Below are positions 9,281 through 17,878 of a DNA stretch of 64,000 nt, piece after piece; the first letter of the stretch is position 1; each line of letters begins with the position of its first letter. The notes under the pieces are model-generated. The model saw only the letters and a list, made by a program, of their open reading frames with translations, did no database searches and had not been told where the DNA came from. Location: assembly GCA_963822405.1 (NCBI GenBank), contig CAWGHH010000005.1, positions 39,439-103,438 of the forward strand, read 5' to 3'. This stretch comes from Candidatus Uhrbacteria bacterium (GTDB taxonomy: Bacteria; Patescibacteriota; Patescibacteriia; UBA9934). The translations under genes and the position numbers were made by a program.

Positions 9281-9574
9281 ATGAAAATACTTCGGGGTAA
9301 ATTTCGCAAAGACGAACCTCGCAAGGCCACGCTCGAAAAACCGAAGCCGGTTCCAATACTCACCTACGGCGAGTTCAGACGAGAGCTCGTGAGAGTAGAG
9401 GCCAAAGTCGACAAAGTCTGGACCCCTGCTCGGGCAGACGAACTAGCCAGACGTCTGGCGACGATCAACGGCTTTATCACCGATGAACAAAGGTTGACGA
9501 ACGGCCTACTCAGTCTTGAGGCAACTGGCGCAATCAACGTGCTGAAGAAATGGGCCATCAAGCTCAAGCCGTGA
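9281..9574 (+). CDS. hypothetical protein (97 aa), GC-rich island
   Basis: Internal ATG at 9281 preceded by GGAGGcgtt. Followed by a strong terminator. Confidence 0.45.
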   Translation: MKILRGKFRKDEPRKATLEKPKPVPILTYGEFRRELVRVEAKVDKVWTPARADELARRLATINGFITDEQRLTNGLLSLEATGAINVLKKWAIKLKP

Positions 9575-9576
9575 AC

Positions 9577-9606
9577 TCCCGTCGTACGGACGGGGGTTTT
9601 CTTTTT
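9577..9606 (+). terminator. rho-independent terminator
   Basis: cccgtcgtacggacggg hairpin followed by GGTTTTCTTTTT. Confidence 0.65.
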
Positions 9607-9633
9607 ACCTCTTTCAGCTACACTACTTCCTAT

Positions 9634-10868
9634 ATGTATGAATCCATCGCCAACATTGACCCCGTCATTGCGGACGCGTTAAAACTCGAACTCGCCCGCG
9701 AGCGTGAAGGTCTTGAGCTTATCCCAAGCGAAAACTTTGTATCGCCCGCTGTGCTCGAGGCGCTCGGCTCAGTAGCGACAAATAAATATGCCGAAGGCTA
9801 CCCAGGCAAGCGCTATTACGGCGGTTGTTACGCTATAGACATCCTCGAACAAACAGCCATTGATCGTGCTAAACAACTTTTTGGCGCCGAACATGTAAAT
9901 GTTCAGCCACATTCAGGGCCCCGGCGAATATCATTGTATATACCGCGCTCCTACAGCCAGGCGACACTGTGCTCGGCATGGATCTTTCTCACGGCGGACA
10001 TCTGACACACGGTCATCCAGTCACAGACTCGGCCAAGCGTTATAATTTCATCCGCTATAAGACCGACGCAGAGGGCAAACTCGACTATGACAATTTGGCG
10101 AGCATGGCACGCGAGCATAAACCAAAATTAATTCTCGTTGGCTACTCCGCGTACTCCCGCGAAATTGATTACGCCAAAGTAAAAGAAATTGCTGATGAAG
10201 TCGGCGCCATGACCATGGCTGATATTGCGCACATCGCCGGCTTGATCGCCGCCGGTGAAATGAATAATCCTGTTCCCTTGTTCGACGTCGTAACCACCAC
10301 CACACACAAGACACTTCGCGGCCCTCGAGGCGGCATGATCATGTGCAAAGAAAAGTTCGCCAAACAAATTGATAAGGCCGTTTTTCCTGGCGTTCAAGGC
10401 GGTCCACACATGAACGTCATCGCTGCAAAAGCAGTAGCGTTCGGCGAGGCACTCAAACCAGAATTCAAAGAGTACGCCAAACAAATTAAATTGAACGCCA
10501 AAGTTTTGGAGCGCGAACTTTCGGCCAAAGGCTACAAACTAATGTTCGGCGGAACAGACAACCATTTACTCCTCGTCGACGTCACGCCAAAGGGCGTCAC
10601 CGGTGGCGAAGCCCAACATGCCCTCGACGAAGCCGGCATCACCGTCAACAAAAACATGATCCCGGACGACCCACGTTCGCCTATGGATCCATCGGGAATC
10701 AGGCTCGGTACTCCAGCGATCACAACTCGCGGTCTCAAAGAAAACGACATCGTAAAGGTTGCCGAATGGATTGATCGTGCGATAATGTCTAAGTCCGATA
10801 CCGTTGAACTCGCCAAGATAAAAGAAGAAGTAAAACAGTTCATGTCGAAGTTTCCGCTCTATACATAA
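9634..10868 (+). CDS. glyA: serine hydroxymethyltransferase GlyA with apparent -1 frameshift near 9922
   Basis: ORF 9550..10005 (from [11 protein letters not shown]) carries [20 protein letters not shown]...[11 protein letters not shown] 9969..10868 carries [13 protein letters not shown], the [17 protein letters not shown]-lysine region and the C-terminus. The two frames switch inside gggccccggcgaatatc. Confidence 0.85.
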
Positions 10869-10870
10869 CT

Positions 10871-11716
10871 ATGACCGAAATACTTAACGGTTCCGTCCTC
10901 GCTAAAACCATTAGAAGTAAAGCTACTAAAAGAGTGGCTGGTTTTGAGCATCCTCCAGGGCTGGCCGTTATTCTGGTGGGCGACAATCCAGCCAGTTCGC
11001 TTTACGTTGGCCTCAAAGAAAAGGCGGCTAAAGAAGTTGGCATCTATGTTGAGCGTCATCAATATAGTAACGAGGCGACCGCTGAGCATATAATCGAAAA
11101 AATAAATGAGTTGAATGGTCGCAAGGATATTAACGGCATCCTTGTTCAGCTCCCTCTTCCTAACTCCGCGGACACCGACGCGGTTATTTCAGCTATTCAT
11201 CCCGTCAAAGATATTGACGGCTTCCATCCAGAAAACCGCAAAGCCCTTTTGCAAAATGCCCCAGTACTCGTTCCGCCGGTGGCACTCTCAATCATGCGCC
11301 TCATTCAAGCGTCTCGTCAGCCGGTTTCTAACAAGCATGGAGTAATCATTGGCAACTCGGAAATCTTCGCTGAACCGATCATTGAGCTCATGCGCGAGGC
11401 AGGAATTTCAGCCACCTTCGTCAAAAAAGATACCGCCGGACTGGACGCCATTACTCGCGCCGCAGACATCATCGTCGTCGCTGTTGGCGAAGCAAACTTT
11501 TTAACCAAAGACAAAGTCAAAGACGCCGCCATCGTCATCGACGTCGGCACAAACAAAGTTAACGGCTCAACCATTGGTGATGCCTCAAATGATCTCTTTG
11601 GTCACGCCGGTTTTCTGTCGCCAGTCCCCGGCGGAGTTGGCCCACTCACCGTTGCCTACCTGCTCATGAACGTGATTAAGGCGAAAGAGTTGCAAGAACG
11701 AGCCCTGAAGCCCTGA
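10871..11716 (+). CDS. folD: bifunctional methylenetetrahydrofolate dehydrogenase/cyclohydrolase FolD
   Basis: 281 aa with GLAVILVGDNPASSLYVGLKEKAAKEVGI, INGILVQLPLP and DIDGFHP motifs. Confidence 0.85.
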   Translation: MTEILNGSVLAKTIRSKATKRVAGFEHPPGLAVILVGDNPASSLYVGLKEKAAKEVGIYVERHQYSNEATAEHIIEKINELNGRKDINGILVQLPLPNSADTDAVISAIHPVKDIDGFHPENRKALLQNAPVLVPPVALSIMRLIQASRQPVSNKHGVIIGNSEIFAEPIIELMREAGISATFVKKDTAGLDAITRAADIIVVAVGEANFLTKDKVKDAAIVIDVGTNKVNGSTIGDASNDLFGHAGFLSPVPGGVGPLTVAYLLMNVIKAKELQERALKP

Positions 11717-11750
11717 ACCCCCTTGGTCCCCCTGGGAAGGGGGTTCAGGG
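11711..11750. other. GC-rich 12-bp stem-loop between convergent folD and permease genes
   Basis: ccctgaaccccc ... gggggttcaggg with a nested cccc/gggg hairpin. No flanking T-run, so it is not a canonical intrinsic terminator. Confidence 0.4.
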
Positions 11751-11774
11751 TGATGCGAGGGGGTCGAACGTGCG

Positions 11775-12890
11775 CTAGCGCCCGCTCAGGAGTTGCACCA
11801 CCGTCAGAATCATCATCCCCGCGTACATGAGGAATGTCAGAAGTACCAACCATTGCGGAATCGCTAGGGCGTTTTTTGGTAGCACGTGAGAAATTCTAGC
11901 TCGCTCGTAGGCAAGAACCAGGAAGATACCGATTAACGCGGCCAGGATTCCGCCAGTGACCCCAATAACTGAAACTAAATTTGTCGCCCCAGCCAAGAAG
12001 ATAATTAACGGCAAGAAAATTGTAGCTAGCCAAGCAAGCCCAAAGCGCATCTTCAAATCATAAACAAGCGTCCCCGAAAGGCTCGTGCCAACCGTCAAAA
12101 ATGCCCCGGTCACAATCGCCAAACCTAGAAAATTTCCGATAGTCATCACTACCGGACCCGCCAACTTAGTTAATCCCTCAAGTGCCTGCTCGGTCGTAAG
12201 ATCCCCAGTGACGCCGACGACCAACAAGGTAAACAACGCGTAGAAAATGCCAATCAATAAAATACCAAGAGAGATCGCTCGATAAAGATCTTTTCTATTT
12301 CCGTGAACAAGCTCCTTAACCTCTGGGATAGATGCAATGCCACCAAAAGCAAATAACGCAATACCAAACGGAAGCGTAAAATTATTCGGATGCAACACGA
12401 GAATGTTCGCCAAATGAAACTGCGAACCCAAGACAACTGCGAGTAAAATAACCAGAAATCCCAGGAGCGGAAATAGCAAACCTTGTACTCGCAGGACTAA
12501 CGGTAGACCGCCCATTAATAGAATAGAACACACTGCCCAAAAGATAATGACGTAGAATGATGCCTCACCACCAACAAACGGCGAGAAAGCTCCGTAAGCA
12601 AATGATCCACCAGCGATAAGGTAAGCAAGAAGAGTCCCAAACTGCGAGCCAAAGAAAGCAAAACCGGAAATGCCTCGCTCGACCACATTCAGTTCAGACC
12701 CAACTACTGACAAATATCGACCATGACCGTTTTTTACAAGCACCAAATCAGCATAAAGAAGTAAGGCCACTAAAGTTAGACCGCCGACTATCAAAAGCTC
12801 GACCAAGGCAATACCGTAACCCGCTTGGGCAAAAGCGTAGGGCAAACCAAACACTCCGACCCCCACAATTGTCCCAAATAACGGCTTCAT
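11775..12890 (-). CDS. amino-acid permease, HAAAP/aromatic amino acid transporter-like membrane protein
   Basis: Eleven or more hydrophobic segments. N-terminal FGTIVGVGVFGLPYAFAQAGYG resembles TyrP/Mtr family GAGMLALPLAAAGVGF. Start uncertain (12890 or 12917). Confidence 0.5.
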   Translation of the reverse strand: MKPLFGTIVGVGVFGLPYAFAQAGYGIALVELLIVGGLTLVALLLYADLVLVKNGHGRYLSVVGSELNVVERGISGFAFFGSQFGTLLAYLIAGGSFAYGAFSPFVGGEASFYVIIFWAVCSILLMGGLPLVLRVQGLLFPLLGFLVILLAVVLGSQFHLANILVLHPNNFTLPFGIALFAFGGIASIPEVKELVHGNRKDLYRAISLGILLIGIFYALFTLLVVGVTGDLTTEQALEGLTKLAGPVVMTIGNFLGLAIVTGAFLTVGTSLSGTLVYDLKMRFGLAWLATIFLPLIIFLAGATNLVSVIGVTGGILAALIGIFLVLAYERARISHVLPKNALAIPQWLVLLTFLMYAGMMILTVVQLLSGR

Positions 12891-12996
12891 GGCCTGCCAA
12901 AGCTTAGCTATTCGCATAGATCATCCCCCAGTATATCTTATCCACGCTTCGTCCACTTCCCCTCCGGACTCGACCGCGTTACCATCAGCCTCATCT

Positions 12997-14499
12997 ATGG
13001 CTACCCTGGGCAGAATTCCACCTCATAATCTTGAAGCCGAGCAGTCCATTTTGGGCGCGCTTTTCCTTGATCAAGACACCATGCTGAAGGTGGGTGATAT
13101 TTTGCGCCCAGAAGATTTCTATAAAGATTCTCACCGCATTATTTTTGAAACAATGGTCGAGCTGTTCGAGCGTCATGAACCAGTCGATCTCTTGACCGTT
13201 GGCAACAGACTAGACGAAAAGGGCACGCTCAAAAACGTTGGGGGACGCACAGCATTAGTCGAGCTGACAAATGCCGTCACTACCGGCGCCCACTCGGCAC
13301 ACTACGCAGAAATTGTCAGCAAAAAAGCGGCGCTACGCAGACTCCTAAAAGCTGCTGGCGAAATTTCTGAGTTAGGTTTCGACGAAGAACAAGATGTCGA
13401 TACCGTTTTAGACGAAGCTGAACAAAAACTATTCAGCGTTTCTTCAAACTTCATTAAGCAAACTTTCTTCCCGTTACACTCGGTTCTAACAGCCGCCTTC
13501 GAGCGCATTGACGAGCTGCACAAAGATCCAGGGAAGCTACGCGGTGTGCCAACTGGTTTCACTGGCGTCGACAATCTCCTCGCCGGCCTTCAACGGTCAG
13601 ATCTGATCATTCTCGCTGCTCGTCCGTCTGTCGGCAAAACATCTTTTGCGCTAGACATCATGCGTGCTGTAGCGCTCAAGACGAAACTCCCAGTTGGCCT
13701 GTTCTCTCTAGAAATGGCCAAGGAACAGCTGGTTGACCGTTTGATTTGTGCGGAAGCCGGCGTTGACCTGTGGAAACTGCGTACTGGTCGACTATCTGAC
13801 AAGGACGATGACTTCCCACGCATTGGCGACGCCCTCGGCAAACTTTCAGAAGCACCCATCTTCATTGACGACTCCCCAACCGCCAGCGTCATGACTATTC
13901 GCACTAAAGCTCGAAGGCTACAAAGCGAACATGGACTCTCCATGATCGTGATCGACTACTTGCAGCTCATGGAAGCCAGAAACAAAACTGACAACCGTGT
14001 ACAGGAAGTGGCGGAAATTTCTCGCGGACTAAAACAGATTGCGCGTGAATTGAACGTACCCGTGCTCGCCCTAGCTCAGCTCTCCCGTGCCGTCGAGCTA
14101 CAAAAACCGGCCATCCCGCGCCTCGCCCACTTGCGTGACTCCGGATCTATCGAACAAGACGCTGACGTAGTTATGTTCTTGTATCGAAAAGCCGCTGATC
14201 GAAACTACCAGCCAGAAGAACTTACACCGGAAGAAAAATCATCGGCCGAACTGCACATCGCTAAGCATCGTAACGGCCCAACCGGCATGGTGAAATTATT
14301 CTGGGACGCGGCTAGAGCATCATTCAAGAACCTAGATACGAGATACGCTGGAGGCGGTTCGCCGGGTGGATCACCGGGAGGATCGGCGCCATCGTCGAAT
14401 CCCTTCCCACAGTCAACGTCCCTTCCGCCTTCTGGCCCTAGACCAGAAAACAAAGGACTCCCACCAGGTATTCCCCCTAAAGGCTTTAAACCAGTATAA
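12997..14499 (+). CDS. dnaB: replicative DNA helicase DnaB with a Gly/Ser/Pro-rich C-terminal tail
   Basis: N-terminus HNLEAEQSILGALFLD. Walker A ILAARPSVGKTSFALD. Conserved DYLQLM, SRGLKQIARELNVPVLALAQLSR and RDSGSIEQDAD motifs. About 60 residues of GGGSPGGSPGGSAPSSNPFPQ...PPKGFKPV after the canonical end. Confidence 0.9.
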   Translation: MATLGRIPPHNLEAEQSILGALFLDQDTMLKVGDILRPEDFYKDSHRIIFETMVELFERHEPVDLLTVGNRLDEKGTLKNVGGRTALVELTNAVTTGAHSAHYAEIVSKKAALRRLLKAAGEISELGFDEEQDVDTVLDEAEQKLFSVSSNFIKQTFFPLHSVLTAAFERIDELHKDPGKLRGVPTGFTGVDNLLAGLQRSDLIILAARPSVGKTSFALDIMRAVALKTKLPVGLFSLEMAKEQLVDRLICAEAGVDLWKLRTGRLSDKDDDFPRIGDALGKLSEAPIFIDDSPTASVMTIRTKARRLQSEHGLSMIVIDYLQLMEARNKTDNRVQEVAEISRGLKQIARELNVPVLALAQLSRAVELQKPAIPRLAHLRDSGSIEQDADVVMFLYRKAADRNYQPEELTPEEKSSAELHIAKHRNGPTGMVKLFWDAARASFKNLDTRYAGGGSPGGSPGGSAPSSNPFPQSTSLPPSGPRPENKGLPPGIPPKGFKPV

Positions 14500-14508
14500 T
14501 TAAATCCT

Positions 14509-14814
14509 ATGTTCAACAAACTCAAGCAGTTCAAAGAAATGCGTGACGAAGGCAAGAAGATGAAAGCCATGTTAGACGAAGTCGTCATTGTTGGCTCTGG
14601 TGCTGGTGGCAAAGTCATGATCACCATGAACGGCAGCCATGAAGTGCTTGGCGTTGCCATTGAAGATGGACTCGACAAGGCTCGAACAGAACAAGGCGTC
14701 AAAGAAGCAATCACTGACGTGAACAAGAAACTTCAAACCGAGCTCATGAAGAAAATGCAGGCTATGGGAGGAATGGGAGCGCTCGGTGACATGATGAAAG
14801 GGATAGGAGGTTAA
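14509..14814 (+). CDS. ybaB: YbaB/EbfC nucleoid-associated protein
   Basis: 101 aa, MFNKLKQFKEMRDEGKKMKAMLDEVVIVGSGAGGKVMITMNGSHEVLGVAIED. Classic ybaB-recR pairing. Confidence 0.8.
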   Translation: MFNKLKQFKEMRDEGKKMKAMLDEVVIVGSGAGGKVMITMNGSHEVLGVAIEDGLDKARTEQGVKEAITDVNKKLQTELMKKMQAMGGMGALGDMMKGIGG

Positions 14815-14820
14815 TGTATT

Positions 14821-14908
14821 GTCATTGCGAGGGTCCCGTCTGCGGGAGCCCGAAGCAACCTCAAAGATTGCTTCGACCCAGACGATTACGTCTGGTCTCG
14901 CAAAGACG
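14821..14908 (+). repeat. ~88-nt structured repeat, copy 1 (sense, 5' of recR)
   Basis: gtcaTTGCGAGggtcccgtctgcgggagcccGAAGCAAcctcaaagatTGCTTCgacCCAGACGattaCGTCTGGtCTCGCAAagacgg. A closing stem TTGCGAG/CTCGCAA encloses three hairpins. A near-identical inverted copy lies at 20556-20642. Confidence 0.7.
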
Positions 14909-14916
14909 GATGAGAC

Positions 14917-15516
14917 ATGCGTAAATTCCCCGCCCCCATTCACAATGCCATGGCCGCCATGGGGCGTTTGCCAGGAGTTGGTCCGAAGACGGCACTTCGG
15001 TACGTGTTTGCGCTGTTGCATTTGAAAAAGGACGAGCTCGATCTTGTCGCGCGAGCCATAGATAACCTAAAACGCGTCGCCACCTGCGTGACGTGTTTTA
15101 CGTATGCGGAAAGTAGCGTCTGCGATATCTGTTCGGACGCTCGACGGTCGACAGACGTTCTTTGCGTTGTGGCCGAAGCGCGCGACATTTCGACCATTGA
15201 AGCAACTGGCATGTACAAGGGAAAATACTTTGTCCTCGGTGGCGTTTTGAATCCAATCGACGGCTACACGCCAGACACCCTTCACGTTCGCCAGCTCAAT
15301 GAGCGAATCAAAAACGACCTTGCGATTAAAGAAATCATCCTCGCCTTCTCCCCCGACGTTCACGGTGAAACTACCATTTTATATTTGAGCCGTCTTTTCA
15401 AAGGCGTCGACAAAAAGATTACGAGACTAGCTCGAGGACTGCCGATGGGCGCAGATATTGAATATGCGGATGAAGTGACGTTAGCGAGCGCGCTAAACGG
15501 GAGAAGCGAAACTTAA
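14917..15516 (+). CDS. recR: recombination protein RecR
   Basis: HhH region RLPGVGPKTALRY, zinc finger CVTCFTYAESSVCDICSD, and Toprim domain (LCVVAEARDISTIEATGMYKGKYFVLGG). Confidence 0.9.
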   Translation: MRKFPAPIHNAMAAMGRLPGVGPKTALRYVFALLHLKKDELDLVARAIDNLKRVATCVTCFTYAESSVCDICSDARRSTDVLCVVAEARDISTIEATGMYKGKYFVLGGVLNPIDGYTPDTLHVRQLNERIKNDLAIKEIILAFSPDVHGETTILYLSRLFKGVDKKITRLARGLPMGADIEYADEVTLASALNGRSET

Positions 15517-15540
15517 AAACAAGAGCCCCAAGCTTTACGC

Positions 15541-15840
15541 CTAGGGCTTACGGTAATCATTGGGCAACCAATTTTCGGGTCTACCAGCACGTTTCCAAGC
15601 CTTGAAATGCTTAGTGCAATATCCATTCGCACGATATGCACCGCTGCATCCTGGCACTCGACAGATGTGTGCACGTTTCGGTATTTGTGGCTCGCTGAGC
15701 CGTAAGCGCGTCACGCCACGTCGGTCGAGGAATCCGTGAAAATGGCAAACGGTGCATAATCCATCCTGGTACTCCAACCTTGGACAACCCTCCGTTCTAC
15801 AGGGCTGCCGAGGTCTTTCGAACTCTGACGAACGACGCAT
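15541..15840 (-). CDS. small Cys/His-rich protein with two tandem C-x2-GC-x7-9-G-x-C-x2-H zinc-ribbon-like repeats
   Basis: CRTEGCPRLEYQDGLCTVCH and CRVPGCSGAYRANGYCTKHF. Resembles the tandem zinc-binding repeats found N-terminal to some HNH endonucleases; no nuclease domain present. Confidence 0.45.
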   Translation of the reverse strand: MRRSSEFERPRQPCRTEGCPRLEYQDGLCTVCHFHGFLDRRGVTRLRLSEPQIPKRAHICRVPGCSGAYRANGYCTKHFKAWKRAGRPENWLPNDYRKP

Positions 15841-15928
15841 CTAGCACCCCCTTTTTTGAAAATACGGCCAAAGTAAAACAACTTTCTCAACTTTAGTCAA
15901 ACAAAAAAATATCGCGACCTGACCCCTT

Positions 15929-16714
15929 TTATATATACTCCCCGTGAATCCTTTCTAGTACAAACCACCCATGACGAACCTTGTCTGGTTTTGTTTCCTT
16001 GGATTTTATCATCCTAAAGCCATGTTCCTTGAAGAACTGCTTCCAAGCATCCGTGTTCTTATAATTATGCGGGCCGTGGTTTAGTACCTCAAAATTTAGT
16101 TTACGATCGATCGTTTCGGTCACCGCCTGCTCTTCTTTCGAATCGACCAAATCCTCCGCGATGAATACTTTGCCATCTATTTTTAGTACCCGCTTCAACT
16201 CGCTCATCACTTGGTCATATTCACCAGTGTCAATATGGTGCAGGACGAAAAATAACGTAGCGACATCCATTGAGTTGTCAGCGATCTCCTTCAAATCACC
16301 CGCATGCACAGTCTCATGCAGATACTCAAAATCTTTTTTGCCAGCTTCAAGTCGTTTTTCTACAGTCGGCGAAATATTGTCATGCGGATCAACGCCAACC
16401 ACTTTCATATCAGAAAACTCGTTGAGGATCACCTCCATCTCATGACCCTTACCAGCGCCAATACATAGTACTTTTTGCGTATTCTTTTCTTCTTCGATTC
16501 CCCCCTTTTCGCCCATCACTAATTCATTCGGCGATGCCTGCATTACGTCCTTAAATGAAACCTCGCCAATCATCCAATTGGCTCTTGGCTTAAGCGCTCG
16601 ATCAGCAAAAAACTGCACAAACCCTCCAGATAAAAATCTATTCACCCAACTATTCCTGGTCGGTTCAATTTGTTTCTTAACTTCAGGTGACTTCTCAAAT
16701 CCTTGTTCGTTCAT
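15929..16714 (-). CDS. class I SAM-dependent methyltransferase
   Basis: Motif I VLCIGAGKGHEM and later motifs (VVGVDPHD, MDVATLFFVLHHI, LKIDGKVFIAED). Start taken at internal MNEQGFEK (16714), because the longer ORF reads through a terminator hairpin. Confidence 0.65.
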   Translation of the reverse strand: MNEQGFEKSPEVKKQIEPTRNSWVNRFLSGGFVQFFADRALKPRANWMIGEVSFKDVMQASPNELVMGEKGGIEEEKNTQKVLCIGAGKGHEMEVILNEFSDMKVVGVDPHDNISPTVEKRLEAGKKDFEYLHETVHAGDLKEIADNSMDVATLFFVLHHIDTGEYDQVMSELKRVLKIDGKVFIAEDLVDSKEEQAVTETIDRKLNFEVLNHGPHNYKNTDAWKQFFKEHGFRMIKSKETKPDKVRHGWFVLERIHGEYI

Positions 16715-16742
16715 ATGTGCATAGTTTACTGCAACAATCCTT

Positions 16743-16773
16743 ACAAAACAAAACCGAGGCATTTCTACCCCGG
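16743..16773 (-). terminator. rho-independent terminator (copy 1 of duplicated terminator sequence)
   Basis: Minus-sense ccggggtagaaatgcctcgg followed by TTTTGTTTTGT. Nearly identical to 17396-17430. Confidence 0.6.
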
Positions 16774-16828
16774 AATTATTTATGAAATGTTGTTATTTTG
16801 AATCGATACAGTCTGCGACCAAATCGAA

Positions 16829-17326
16829 CTAAAACTTAACACTACTCAAGATGGCTGTAACATCTGTGCTAGGGTCAGAAGTGTGAACGATGAACCACTT
16901 CGTTCCCGCATCGACAAAATACTTACCGTAACGGAAATTCTCTTGCCCGTTTACCATACGAGCGAAAATCTTTTCCGTAGTTGGGAATGTCCCAATTGTG
17001 ATGTTCCTCGTGTTCACCAATACATCTCCCGATTGAGGAGCTACGTCACTATCAAGCCATGACGCCTTATTCGTAAACACCTCAAAAGACACAGTGCTAT
17101 AAGGACTACCCTTTGTCAGCAACAAATTCCGGCTCTCATCCTCGCTAACCGACCAACCCGTAGGAATAACAAATCCAATTCCAGTTTTTGAATCCGTATA
17201 CGACTTTCCACTTTGTTGTGCAGAAGAATCCACCTGTGGTGAGGCTGGAGATACAGGCGCTGTAGAACAGCCTGCACCAATCAACAAAACGGAACACACC
17301 GCCGTCAATGCAATAATTTGTTTCAT
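16829..17326 (-). CDS. secreted lipoprotein, hypothetical
   Basis: Signal peptide MKQIIALTAVCSVLLIGAGC with lipobox LIGAGC. No recognised domain. Confidence 0.6.
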   Translation of the reverse strand: MKQIIALTAVCSVLLIGAGCSTAPVSPASPQVDSSAQQSGKSYTDSKTGIGFVIPTGWSVSEDESRNLLLTKGSPYSTVSFEVFTNKASWLDSDVAPQSGDVLVNTRNITIGTFPTTEKIFARMVNGQENFRYGKYFVDAGTKWFIVHTSDPSTDVTAILSSVKF

Positions 17327-17395
17327 AAAATACTGATTTTATCTTTTACTTCTTGCGCAAGGATAGCACTGGGGGGGGTAAAACAATAGCATCTG

Positions 17396-17430
17396 TGCAA
17401 AAAACAAAACCGAGGCATTTCTGCCCCGGG
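17396..17430 (-). terminator. rho-independent terminator (copy 2) after rplU
   Basis: Minus-sense cccggggcagaaatgcctcgg followed by TTTTGTTTTTTG. Confidence 0.65.
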
Positions 17431-17435
17431 CTTGT

Positions 17436-17747
17436 TTAGGAAATCTTTTCGATTTGGATGATTGTGTAAGGCTGGCGGTGGCCAACGTTACGGCGGTAGC
17501 GAGTCTTTCGCTTGTACTTGATAACGGAGATTTTATCTGCGCGACCATGTTCAGCGATTTTCGCTACAACCTCAGCACCCTTTACTTCAGGGCTGCCGAC
17601 CTTCACTTCAGAGCCGTCATCATTGCTGATGAGCATGGCTGTAAAAGTCATGGTCTTACCTTCTTCAAGGTCAATCTTCTCTACCTGGACTTTAAGCCCC
17701 TCTTTTACAAGGTATTGCTTACCGCCAGTGGTAATTACTGCGTACAT
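17436..17747 (-). CDS. rplU: 50S ribosomal protein L21
   Basis: MYAVITTGGKQYLVKEGLKVQVEKIDLEEGKTMTF... (103 aa) is the canonical bL21 N-terminus. Confidence 0.9.
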   Translation of the reverse strand: MYAVITTGGKQYLVKEGLKVQVEKIDLEEGKTMTFTAMLISNDDGSEVKVGSPEVKGAEVVAKIAEHGRADKISVIKYKRKTRYRRNVGHRQPYTIIQIEKIS

Positions 17748-17878
17748 AGAATTTTGTGCTGCTCGGGCGCCCCGAAGGGACTTTAAAAAGCCGTACGCAA
17801 GCCAAGGATTAACGGCAGAATTGTAACGGACAACCCAATATCCGTCAACTTCTTACATGGTACAATAGGTATAGATTT

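Noticed and set aside
11711-11750. Calling the folD/permease inter-gene hairpin a rho-independent terminator
   Set aside because: Strong 12-bp stem, but no T-run on either strand. Reported as a stem-loop only.
14821-14908. tRNA-like or known riboswitch interpretation of the 88-nt repeat
   Set aside because: It is cloverleaf-like with three hairpins, but has no T-loop or anticodon-loop features and no recognisable riboswitch core. Left as an unclassified structured repeat.
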